A stretch of DNA of 64,000 nt from contig CACJPC010000003.1 in the NCBI GenBank assembly GCA_902595195.1, positions 19,827 to 83,826 of the forward strand. The letters run 5' to 3'. Shown piece by piece: positions 39,808 to 48,156 of this stretch. The notes beneath the pieces were generated by a model, which made no database searches, was not told the DNA's origin, and saw only the letters and a list, made by a program, of their open reading frames with translations. The stretch comes from an uncultured Candidatus Actinomarina sp. (GTDB lineage: Bacteria > Actinomycetota > Acidimicrobiia > Actinomarinales > Actinomarinaceae). The number at the start of each line of letters is the position of its first letter. The stretch's first letter is position 1. The position numbers and the translations under genes were made by a program.

Positions 39808-40509
39808 TTTTTTAAGTTTTTTTATTCTTTCTTCTGTTCCTGCATCTATCCACCAAGAATTAATAATTGAATAATTAAGTAAATTATTTGTTAAATATAA
39901 TTTATTAAGGTCAGTTATTTCTAATTCCCCTCTTGCTGACGGATTAAGCTGTTTAATAAATTCAAAACAAGTTTTTTCATAAATATAAACTCCAACTACT
40001 GCAAGAGAAGATATGAACTCTTTAGGCTTTTCATGAATATTTATCAAATTGTTATCACGGTCTAGTTCCATTACGCCAAATTCATCAGGATTATTAACAT
40101 TGATGGCAAAAATTTGTGAACCTTTAAAATTTTTAAAATCAATTCCTTCTAATGGATTTTCACCAAAAAAATTATCTCCTAATATAAAAGTAACTAAAGA
40201 ATCATCATCAACTTTTGATTCTGCAAATGAAAGTGCGTGTGCAATTCCTTTTGGCTGATCTTGAACAACAAAACTAATATTAAGATTTCTATGATTTTGT
40301 TTAATGTCATTCACAATTAAATCATGGAAGTCTGGGTTAGTAATGACGACGAAATCTAAGAAACCCCAAGACTTCAATTGATTAATTTGAGTTGAGATCA
40401 TGCTCATACCATCAATATCAATTAGTACTTTAGTATGGAGATTATCTTTAAAGTTTTTTAACCTAGTGCCTAAACCACCAGCAGCTATTACAGCATAATT
40501 TTTTCTCAT
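39799..40509 (-). CDS. sugar-1-phosphate nucleotidyltransferase (RmlA/short NTP-transferase family)
   Basis: AVIAAGGLGTRL signature plus KPKGIAHAL- and GDNFF-like motifs. 236 aa. Confidence 0.8.
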   Translation of the reverse strand: MRKNYAVIAAGGLGTRLKNFKDNLHTKVLIDIDGMSMISTQINQLKSWGFLDFVVITNPDFHDLIVNDIKQNHRNLNISFVVQDQPKGIAHALSFAESKVDDDSLVTFILGDNFFGENPLEGIDFKNFKGSQIFAINVNNPDEFGVMELDRDNNLINIHEKPKEFISSLAVVGVYIYEKTCFEFIKQLNPSARGELEITDLNKLYLTNNLLNYSIINSWWIDAGTEERIKKLKKLI

Positions 40510-40548
40510 TTTTCTATATTAAAAGGACACTGTTATTAAAGTTGTAAT

Positions 40549-41661
40549 TTGATTATGAAAATAAATAAACAAGTAATTTTTCTAGGTTTTATTTTAATTA
40601 TAAGTTTTGTTGCTTATAATTTAATTCCAAATTTCGAACGGGAACAATTCAATCCCGATATAGTTGAAGAAATTTCAAGTGGGACCATAACAACTACAAC
40701 TATTGAGTCAGAGGAAAATAATATTGTTGAAGAATCTGGAGATATTTCTGAAGAGGAAGAGATTTTTCAACCTAATTTATATGACAGCTTGTTAATTAAT
40801 AATCAAACAAAAAGAATAGATAAAAATTTTACTTCATACTTAATTATTGGAAGCGATGAGCGAAGTTCAAACTCATCAGCGAGTAGAGGAAGTGTAAAAG
40901 GGAGTCGTGCAGATGTAATAATGATTGTCATGGTTGATGAGCAATCAAATGTTTCACTTGTATCTTTGCCAAGAGATTTATTGATTGAAGATCCGTGTAC
41001 AAATAATATTCAAAGAATTAATAGCTCTTACACAAACAACGGTTGCGGTACTAACGCAGAAAATTTATCTGCTGTAATACTTAATATTACTGGGCTAAAA
41101 ATAAATAATTTTGTTAAATTTAGCTTCGAAGGCTTTGAAGAAATTATAGATTCTCTTGGTGGAGTTGAAATATGTGTAAGTGAAACCCAGAGAGAAGGAT
41201 ATTCATTTGAATTACAAAAAGGTTGTAACTTAGTTAATGGTGAAATTGCACTTAATTGGATCGTTTCAAGAAATACCGAAATACTTGACGGAGAAAAATT
41301 AATTGATGTAAATGGTGAAGATATTTCAAATTGGAAACCAATGCCTGGAGTAAGCGACCTTAAAAGAATTGAAAAACAGCAACAACTAATTCTTTCTTTA
41401 ATGGAAAAAATCAATAACTTTGAATCATTTAATAGTTTTTTAGATTTTGTAAAAGCATTAGAAAATGCTTTTACTATTGATCAAAATATATCAATAATTG
41501 AGGCTACAAGCTTACTATGGGATTTTAGAGAATTGGATTTGGAAAACGTAAATAAACTTACAGTACCTACATATAATTACAAAACTCAAAATGGTGCCCA
41601 AGTGTTAATTCTTGATCAAAACTTTTTTGAATTTATATCTTCTCAAGGTTTAGTTGACTGA
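40549..41661 (+). CDS. LCP (LytR-CpsA-Psr) family glycopolymer-to-peptidoglycan ligase
   Basis: N-terminal TM anchor and acidic linker, then LIIGSDER..SRADVIMIVMVD..SLVSLPRDL, the LCP core motifs. Confidence 0.85.
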   Translation: MIMKINKQVIFLGFILIISFVAYNLIPNFEREQFNPDIVEEISSGTITTTTIESEENNIVEESGDISEEEEIFQPNLYDSLLINNQTKRIDKNFTSYLIIGSDERSSNSSASRGSVKGSRADVIMIVMVDEQSNVSLVSLPRDLLIEDPCTNNIQRINSSYTNNGCGTNAENLSAVILNITGLKINNFVKFSFEGFEEIIDSLGGVEICVSETQREGYSFELQKGCNLVNGEIALNWIVSRNTEILDGEKLIDVNGEDISNWKPMPGVSDLKRIEKQQQLILSLMEKINNFESFNSFLDFVKALENAFTIDQNISIIEATSLLWDFRELDLENVNKLTVPTYNYKTQNGAQVLILDQNFFEFISSQGLVD

Positions 41662-44033
41662 TAATTTATACCAATACTTATTATTAAAAGCACAAACATA
41701 TCTGGAGAATAAATCATATCATTTGTAAGATTTAAAACAAAAAACATCATCATTGCTAGGAATGTAAATGCAGAATTAGAATTTGCTAATATGAATTGTT
41801 TTAAAATAAAAATGAAGAATACTAAATAGAATAAAATTGACATAAAAATACCAAACTCTACGCTGAATGTGAGATAACCATTATGCGCTGTAGTAAGTTG
41901 GCTTAAAAAAGAAGGATCTACAATTGGAGGACTCGTATTAGAAATTTTTCCATTTTTTTGTATTAAGACTCCGCTTCTTAAACTTTTATCACCAATATAA
42001 TTTGCATCTAAAAAAACACCATCTGGGTTTGCCCAATAAAAAAATAATCTCCCGTCGTCAATTTCTAATTTCCAAGACTGTACTTGACTATCTTTAATTG
42101 AAGTATTCGAAATCAATGTTTGCCTCTCCCATGGAATCTCAGGTAGTGATAGGTTCAAAATTATTTCAAAACTTTCACTAAAGTCAAAACCGTTTGGTAC
42201 AGCTAACCAATATTTATTGGGTGAAAAAAGTTTTAATCCATCAGATTCATATGTGATTTTTGCGTTATATGAATTTAATTCATTTGGTTTGTACACAAAA
42301 TAATCTTGATTTAAAGATTTTTCATCAAAAATAATTTTCTCATTTTTATTTTGTGTACTTACATATAATTCTTTCACTGTTGCATCTAAGAATGTATTAC
42401 CAAATGACTGTCCGTCAGAATGGCCCCCTATTTCCAAGAACGAAGTGTTTTTATTTAAATTAATAATATTTCCTGTAGTTCTTGAGTATCCAATCATATC
42501 CCAATTTTCAAAATCATCAGAAGTGTAAAAAGTTATTTTACTTCTTGGGAGTATTCCGTCTTGTTTTTCAAACTTAAACTTAATATAACCTTCGACATTT
42601 CTAAAATTGCACTCTGAACAAAATTTTTTGTAATTTTCAAGAGTGACATAATTGTTGCCAATGCTTATCTGCTCAACAATTACAGCAAGCTCTCCGTGAG
42701 CTAACTCTCTACTTTCACACCCATAACCTACAAAGTCTGTACATGGCACAAATAATAATCCCTGAGGTATCTCTTCCTTGCTCTCAATATAATTTGATTG
42801 ATCATAAAGATAATCAACAAAACAATAAAATTCGCCCCTCAAAATATTTAAATTATTGTTATCAAAACATTCAGAATCATTCATTAATTCAAGTATTTCT
42901 GAATTTGTTACTTGGTAGACTGCAGATAAAAAATCAGCAAGCAATGTTTGCTTAACTCTTACATGCTGACATGTAAGCCTATCCTCAGAGCACTCAGCAA
43001 TTAATTTACTTTGAACTAAAATCTCGTATCCGCCACCAGAAGTTCCAATAAAAAAATCTGCTTCTGAATCTCTGTGTTCTACAGGTGTAATCCCTAACTC
43101 GACTTTATTTAAATTAATATTTAGGTTTTCTTCTAATATATCAGGATTGATAGAAAGAAAATAGTCTTTGTAAATTCCTTCAACATAATTTCCAGGGCCC
43201 AATCCTTTAAAAATACTCATATTTTCAAATGCAATTTGAGTTAAAAACCCTCTATCGCTTTCCTTTAATAAGATTTTTGAATCACCAAAATATAAAAATC
43301 CTAAAAGACCTGATATAGCAACTAACAATGTAATAAAAATACTTTTAAAGTTCTTGTTATAAATAAATATAAAAATAAATATACCCACAAATAAAGAGAG
43401 ATAAGCACCTCTAGAATATGTAACAAAAATTAAATAAACATTTAATAACGACAGAATAAGAAAATATTTATTCTTTAATTCAAAATATATATATAAAGAT
43501 AAAAAAGTAAGAATTGAAAACACGCCCCCTGCAACATTTGGACCAGATCCCTGATAGCCAGAAAGTCTACCTCTGTTGAAAAAATCAGGATTTTCATAAT
43601 AATAACTAATCCAACCTGTAGTATTGTCAACAAATGATAGTTGGAAAATTGATGTCAAGAAATTAAGTAATGTTACTGCTGCAAAAGGGATTAAGAAATA
43701 TTGTAATTCATGCGTAGACTTGCTATTTATGTATGATGTAAATAAATATCCAACTACTGAATAAAAAACTAATCTCAATATAAAAGCACTTATACCGTAT
43801 ATAAATGTAGACAATAACAGGACTAGAATTAATGAACCCCAAAGTTGTGTACTGGTTTCTTTGAAATCAACTGAAATTGAATTCTTAACAAAATCATGAA
43901 TTAATAAAATAAAAAATAAGATCATCAAAAAATCTGAAAACTCAATTATTTCTAATCTAAGAAATCCAGGAGGAGAAACTAAAGAAACAGAAACAATAGA
44001 ACCTAAAATAAATAATTTCAATTTTGCTCTCAA
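41643..44033 (-). CDS. O-antigen ligase/polymerase-like membrane protein with a ~450-aa Cys-rich, LamG/ConA-like extracytoplasmic insert
   Basis: 796 aa. N-terminal ~250 aa polytopic with YSRGAYLSLFVG (Wzy_C-like), a long soluble middle region, and 3 C-terminal TM segments. Start uncertain: the TTG at 44033 lies 1 nt from the tRNA 3' end, and another TTG sits at 44021. Confidence 0.6.
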   Translation of the reverse strand: MRAKLKLFILGSIVSVSLVSPPGFLRLEIIEFSDFLMILFFILLIHDFVKNSISVDFKETSTQLWGSLILVLLLSTFIYGISAFILRLVFYSVVGYLFTSYINSKSTHELQYFLIPFAAVTLLNFLTSIFQLSFVDNTTGWISYYYENPDFFNRGRLSGYQGSGPNVAGGVFSILTFLSLYIYFELKNKYFLILSLLNVYLIFVTYSRGAYLSLFVGIFIFIFIYNKNFKSIFITLLVAISGLLGFLYFGDSKILLKESDRGFLTQIAFENMSIFKGLGPGNYVEGIYKDYFLSINPDILEENLNINLNKVELGITPVEHRDSEADFFIGTSGGGYEILVQSKLIAECSEDRLTCQHVRVKQTLLADFLSAVYQVTNSEILELMNDSECFDNNNLNILRGEFYCFVDYLYDQSNYIESKEEIPQGLLFVPCTDFVGYGCESRELAHGELAVIVEQISIGNNYVTLENYKKFCSECNFRNVEGYIKFKFEKQDGILPRSKITFYTSDDFENWDMIGYSRTTGNIINLNKNTSFLEIGGHSDGQSFGNTFLDATVKELYVSTQNKNEKIIFDEKSLNQDYFVYKPNELNSYNAKITYESDGLKLFSPNKYWLAVPNGFDFSESFEIILNLSLPEIPWERQTLISNTSIKDSQVQSWKLEIDDGRLFFYWANPDGVFLDANYIGDKSLRSGVLIQKNGKISNTSPPIVDPSFLSQLTTAHNGYLTFSVEFGIFMSILFYLVFFIFILKQFILANSNSAFTFLAMMMFFVLNLTNDMIYSPDMFVLLIISIGINYQSTKP

Positions 44034-44034
44034 G

Positions 44035-44108
44035 TGGGCCTGGCAGGACTCGAACCTACGACCGACGGATTATGAGTCCGTTGCTCTAACCAACTGAGCT
44101 ACAGGCCC
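44035..44108 (-). tRNA. tRNA with CAU anticodon (elongator Met, or Ile2 if lysidine-modified)
   Basis: Hand-folded cloverleaf: GGGCCTG/CAGGCCC acceptor, GCTC-AGTTGGTTA-GAGC D arm, ACGGA-CTCATAA-TCCGT anticodon arm, GTAGG-TTCGAGT-CCTGC T arm, discriminator A. It lacks the initiator features (no 3 G-C pairs in the anticodon stem, and 1:72 is paired). CCA is not encoded. Confidence 0.9.
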
Positions 44109-44115
44109 CAAATAT

Positions 44116-44403
44116 TTATGAAATTACTGATTGAACTTTTAATGCAATACTCATATCGCCAGCAACTTTTAATTTTCCAGTCATAAAAGCAGCTTGTGGA
44201 CTTGAAGAACCATCCATAATTGATTGCATAGTTTCAGCATCTGTTGAAATTGTACATGTAGCTTCATTATCGTCTGATGTGATTTCACCACTATTTCCAT
44301 CAATTAAAACTACATTTTCGTCAACAACAAATTTTACTGAACCACCTAATACACTAAGGTCTTTTCCTTCAGCTCTCTCTTTTACAATTGCTACTAAATC
44401 CAT
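44116..44403 (-). CDS. SCP2 sterol-carrier-like domain protein
   Basis: 95 aa ending ..AAFMTGKLKVAGDMSIALKVQSV, the typical SCP2 C-terminal pattern. Start set to the ATG at 44403 because the listed N-terminal 24 codons run through tRNA-Asn. Confidence 0.7.
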   Translation of the reverse strand: MDLVAIVKERAEGKDLSVLGGSVKFVVDENVVLIDGNSGEITSDDNEATCTISTDAETMQSIMDGSSSPQAAFMTGKLKVAGDMSIALKVQSVIS

Positions 44404-44448
44404 TATTCCTCCATTCACTTTAAGTATAGTGAAAATTAATTTGTATAG

Positions 44449-44521
44449 CTCCGAGGGTGGGACTTGAACCCACAACCAACGGATTAACAGTCCGCTGCTC
44501 TGCCAATTGAGCTACCTCGGA
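44449..44521 (-). tRNA. tRNA-Asn (GUU)
   Basis: Hand-folded: TCCGAGG/CCTCGGA acceptor, GCTC-AATTGGCA-GAGC D arm, GCGGA-CTGTTAA-TCCGT anticodon arm, GTGGG-TTCAAGT-CCCAC T arm, discriminator G. Confidence 0.9.
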
Positions 44522-44544
44522 TAGCAAATTAATAATACTAGGTA

Positions 44545-46170
44545 TTAAATAGTATTCTGATACATTTCTTTTTTCTTTTTGATGTCTTCTACTTCCTGAA
44601 GAAGCTCGAAATTCTTATCATCTGATTCTTCAAATTCTTGGATAAGTTCATCGATTCTTAGGTTTGCAAAATGTAAATACAATCTTGAAACTGCTTCTAA
44701 GTGCTGCTCTTTTGTGTAAGAGATATTAAGATAATCTTCTTTTTTTGACTTTTCATTTCTAATATCATTAACTAATTTTTTAAATTCAGAATTTAACTCT
44801 ATCAACTGGTCAATTTCTTCACTTGGACTAAATTCATTAGAAATCATTTCTGCAATTATTAAATCTTTAAAAATTGAGATAGAACTTATAGTTTGTTCTG
44901 TTACATCTTCTTTTTCGTCTGAAGTTTGAAATTTTAATTCCTTTTTAAGTATGTCTTTGGCCGTGTTTAATTTTGAAGATAATAAATCTAATGAGACATC
45001 AACTTCAAGAGGACTTAGGTTAGATGTTATTTTCATAAAATATTTAAAAATACTTTTTTTATCTGATGTGCTTTCAATAAATTTATTAATCAAAAATTCA
45101 ATTATTTCAAGATTATCTTTAAGAACACTACTGAAAATATCTTCATCTTCTTCATACAATTCTGAAATATCTTTATATTTTTCCGGTAAATTGAGGCAAT
45201 GTATTTCTAGTTGATTAGAAACTTGATTTTTAATTTCTAGAACTCTTTCAGTTGCCTTTAGTCCTGCTTCATCGTTATCGAAACAAAGTAAGATTTTATT
45301 CGTATAGCGTGAAACAGCTTCTAGCTGTTGAATCGTGAGAGCAGTACCTGACGGTGAGGCACTATTTGGAAAACCTAATTGGTTTAATGATAAAACATCA
45401 AAGTAGCCTTCTACTAAAAATGCATACCCTTTCTTCTTTACAGAAGATATGAATTCCTTTGTGAAATACAAATTCCTGTTTTTTTTATAAAGAACTGAAT
45501 CTGAACAATTTAAATATTTAGGACCAAAATCTTCGAGTGCTCTTCCACCATAAGCAATGGTTTCAGTTCTAAAGTTTAGAATTGGAAACATGATTCTATT
45601 TTTAAATAGAAAATTATCATTACTAGAGATAAATCCTAATTTTTTTAAATCAAAGTCAGAGATTTTATTTTTATCACAAAACTTTTGAAATTCTTCAACA
45701 TTTGAATCAATAAAAGATATGTCATATTTTTTTAAATCCTGTTCATTGAACTTTCTAGAAGTAAGGTACTCTTTTGCTTTTTTAGATTTATTTGAATCCA
45801 TCATTTCTTTAAAATATTCATCAATGAGATTGATTTTTTGTTGAAAATTTTTAAAATCGTTATTCTGACTAGTTTCGGTATAGGTAAGTTTGAATCCATA
45901 TTTTTCGGCAACTAATTCAACTGCATCTTGAAACTCCAAATTATTAACTTCTTGTACATATTTATATATGTCACCACCCATTTTGCATCCAAAACAATGA
46001 AATAAATTTTCGACGTCTGTAAAACTCATGCTTGCGGTTTTTTCACCATGAAAAGGACACAACGCCATCCCTTTAGTTCCTCTAAGTTTTCCAGTTGTAG
46101 TAGATAAAACAAAGTCGCTAATTTTTGATCTTTTTTTTAAATCTTCGATTGATTGCTTTGATATACCCAT
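44545..46170 (-). CDS. dnaG: DNA primase
   Basis: Zinc-finger motif CPFHGEKTASMSF..CFGCKMGGD and Toprim motifs (VEGYFDV, CFDNDEAG). Confidence 0.9.
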   Translation of the reverse strand: MGISKQSIEDLKKRSKISDFVLSTTTGKLRGTKGMALCPFHGEKTASMSFTDVENLFHCFGCKMGGDIYKYVQEVNNLEFQDAVELVAEKYGFKLTYTETSQNNDFKNFQQKINLIDEYFKEMMDSNKSKKAKEYLTSRKFNEQDLKKYDISFIDSNVEEFQKFCDKNKISDFDLKKLGFISSNDNFLFKNRIMFPILNFRTETIAYGGRALEDFGPKYLNCSDSVLYKKNRNLYFTKEFISSVKKKGYAFLVEGYFDVLSLNQLGFPNSASPSGTALTIQQLEAVSRYTNKILLCFDNDEAGLKATERVLEIKNQVSNQLEIHCLNLPEKYKDISELYEEDEDIFSSVLKDNLEIIEFLINKFIESTSDKKSIFKYFMKITSNLSPLEVDVSLDLLSSKLNTAKDILKKELKFQTSDEKEDVTEQTISSISIFKDLIIAEMISNEFSPSEEIDQLIELNSEFKKLVNDIRNEKSKKEDYLNISYTKEQHLEAVSRLYLHFANLRIDELIQEFEESDDKNFELLQEVEDIKKKKEMYQNTI

Positions 46171-47462
46171 TATATTTTTGAGAAATAATCAAGAAGTTCC
46201 TCTATTTTTATTCGTTCCTGATCCATTGAATCTCTATTTCTTATAGTGACTGATAAATCTTCTAAAGAATCAAAATCTATAGTTACACAATAAGGGGTCC
46301 CAATTTCATCTTGTCTTCTATACCTTTTACCTATTGATTGAGTTACATCAACTTCTGTTCTATAAAATTTCTGCAAAGTTTGTTTTATATCATTTGAAAC
46401 TTTGATTAATTCTTCTTTTTTACTCAATGGTAGAATACCGATTTGGATAGGTGCGATTTCAAAATTAAATCTAAATAGCGTTCTAGTAGTATCATTAATT
46501 ACTTCTTCATCGTATGTTGAACATAGTAAAGCAAATAGTGTTCTTGTCAATCCCCCTGCAGGCTCAATTACAACTGGTACTATTTTCTCATTTTTTTCTG
46601 AATCAAAATATGATAAATCTTTTCCACTAGAGCTTTCGTGTGAACTTAAATCAAAACTTCCTCGATTTGCAATGCCTTCAAGCTCACCCCATCCCCAAGG
46701 GTAATCAAATTCAATGTCTACAGTTTTAGATGCATAATGAGCTAATTCGTTTTTTTCATGTTCTCTTAACCTGAGTTTCTCTTCTGGAATGCCTATCCTC
46801 TTGTACCAATCAAGTCTCTTATTTACCCAGAAATCAAACCATTCATTTTCATTTTCTTTTTTACAAAAATATTCAATTTCCATTTGTTCAAATTCTCTAG
46901 TTCTGAATATAAACTGACCTGGAGTAATTTCATTTCTAAATGATTTTCCAATATTAGCAATTCCAAACGGAAGTTTTGCTCTCATTGTTCTTTGAACATT
47001 CTCAAAATTTACAAATATACCTTGTGCTGTTTCTGGTCGTAAATACACTGATGAGTTTTCATTTTTTACTGGGCCTATGTTTGTTTCAAACATAAGATTA
47101 AATTGACGCGGCTCTGTTAAATCTTCTTTTTTTAGATTTTCTGGCACTTGGTCAGCTCTAAATCTTTCACCTGTAGGTTTATGATCTACCATAGGGTCTG
47201 TAAATTCAGCTAAATGGCCAGATGCTTTCCATACTTCAGAACTTTGAATAATAGCTGTATCAATAGGAAATATAGATACTTTGCTATCTTGATTTAAGTC
47301 TTTCCACCAGCTTCCAGAGATATTGTTTTTAAGCAAAGCACCCAATGGACCATAGTCATAAGAGCTCCTCAATCCGCCATATATTGATGAAGCATTAAAA
47401 ACAAAGCCTCTAGCATTTGCTAACTTTACAATTTTATCGAATAAGTTATCAATTTTTTCCAT
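46170..47462 (-). CDS. glyQS: glycine--tRNA ligase (homodimeric GlyQS type)
   Basis: Class II motifs (YGGLRSSYDYGPLG, FRNEITPGQFIFRTREFEQMEIEYF) and a C-terminal anticodon-binding domain. Confidence 0.95.
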   Translation of the reverse strand: MEKIDNLFDKIVKLANARGFVFNASSIYGGLRSSYDYGPLGALLKNNISGSWWKDLNQDSKVSIFPIDTAIIQSSEVWKASGHLAEFTDPMVDHKPTGERFRADQVPENLKKEDLTEPRQFNLMFETNIGPVKNENSSVYLRPETAQGIFVNFENVQRTMRAKLPFGIANIGKSFRNEITPGQFIFRTREFEQMEIEYFCKKENENEWFDFWVNKRLDWYKRIGIPEEKLRLREHEKNELAHYASKTVDIEFDYPWGWGELEGIANRGSFDLSSHESSSGKDLSYFDSEKNEKIVPVVIEPAGGLTRTLFALLCSTYDEEVINDTTRTLFRFNFEIAPIQIGILPLSKKEELIKVSNDIKQTLQKFYRTEVDVTQSIGKRYRRQDEIGTPYCVTIDFDSLEDLSVTIRNRDSMDQERIKIEELLDYFSKI

Positions 47463-48156
47463 AAGTTCTATTCCTTGAATTAAATTCTAGTAAGACATCA
47501 TCTAATATGTCTGCATTTATATCAGGCCATAGGTCTTCGATAAATAATAGTTCAGTATACGAAAGTTGATATAGTAAAAAATTACTTATCCTGCTCTCCC
47601 CTGCTGTTCTTAATAGAAGATCAGGAAATGGAACCTCTGGGTACTGAAAGTAGTTAATAAAGCTATCTTTTATATCTTTTAAAGTAAGTTTTTTATTTAG
47701 ATTTAAATTATGTAAATTTAACACTGCATTATGAATTTCATCGTGTGAACCGTAATTAAATGCAAAATTTAAGTTTAATTCAGTATTTTTTTGAGTTAAG
47801 TTTTCTGTCTCTCTCATTAACTCTTTATTCTCATCAGGTATTTTTTCATCAGTCAAGTCTCCTAAAAATCTAAACCGTACACCTTTTTGATTAAATTCAT
47901 CTCTTCTCCTAATTAGAATGTCTCTATTAAAAAACATCAAATATTCCACTTCTTCATCAGAACGAAGCCAATTCTCAGTAGAAAAAGCATACACCGTGAG
48001 CCATTTAATATTATTTTTAATTGCCCAATCTATTGTTTTTGATAAGGAATGTTCACCAGCAGCATGTCCAGCAGTTCTATCAAGTCCTTTATCAAGCGCC
48101 CACCTACCATTACCGTCCATAATGATTGCTAAATGGTCAAGATCGTTATTATTCAT
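47449..48156 (-). CDS. uppS: isoprenyl (undeca/decaprenyl) diphosphate synthase, cis-prenyltransferase
   Basis: HLAIIMDGNGRWA, FSTENW and RTAGESRISNFLLYQLSYTEL motifs. Confidence 0.95.
   Translation of the reverse strand: MNNNDLDHLAIIMDGNGRWALDKGLDRTAGHAAGEHSLSKTIDWAIKNNIKWLTVYAFSTENWLRSDEEVEYLMFFNRDILIRRRDEFNQKGVRFRFLGDLTDEKIPDENKELMRETENLTQKNTELNLNFAFNYGSHDEIHNAVLNLHNLNLNKKLTLKDIKDSFINYFQYPEVPFPDLLLRTAGESRISNFLLYQLSYTELLFIEDLWPDINADILDDVLLEFNSRNRTYGKN

Larger units (their letters stand above)
9747..44033. other. cell-envelope glycan (teichuronic-acid/capsule-like) biosynthesis island, ~34 kb
   Basis: Uninterrupted run of ~31 nucleotide-sugar, glycosyltransferase, flippase, polymerase/ligase-like and LCP genes. 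Bounded by ppc on the left and tRNA-Met/tRNA-Asn on the right. Spot GC counts are lower than in the flanking core genes. Confidence 0.7.

Noticed and set aside
44404-44475. N-terminal 24 codons (MWVQVPPSELYK..) of the listed 119-aa ORF
   Set aside because: They run through tRNA-Asn (44449..44521). The SCP2 domain starts at the ATG at 44403.
44035-44521. tRNA-associated integrative element (prophage/ICE) explaining the island
   Set aside because: No integrase, excisionase, transposase or phage-like gene occurs anywhere in the 34-kb island or next to the tRNAs. I saw no duplicated tRNA 3' segment, although an exhaustive repeat search was not possible by eye.
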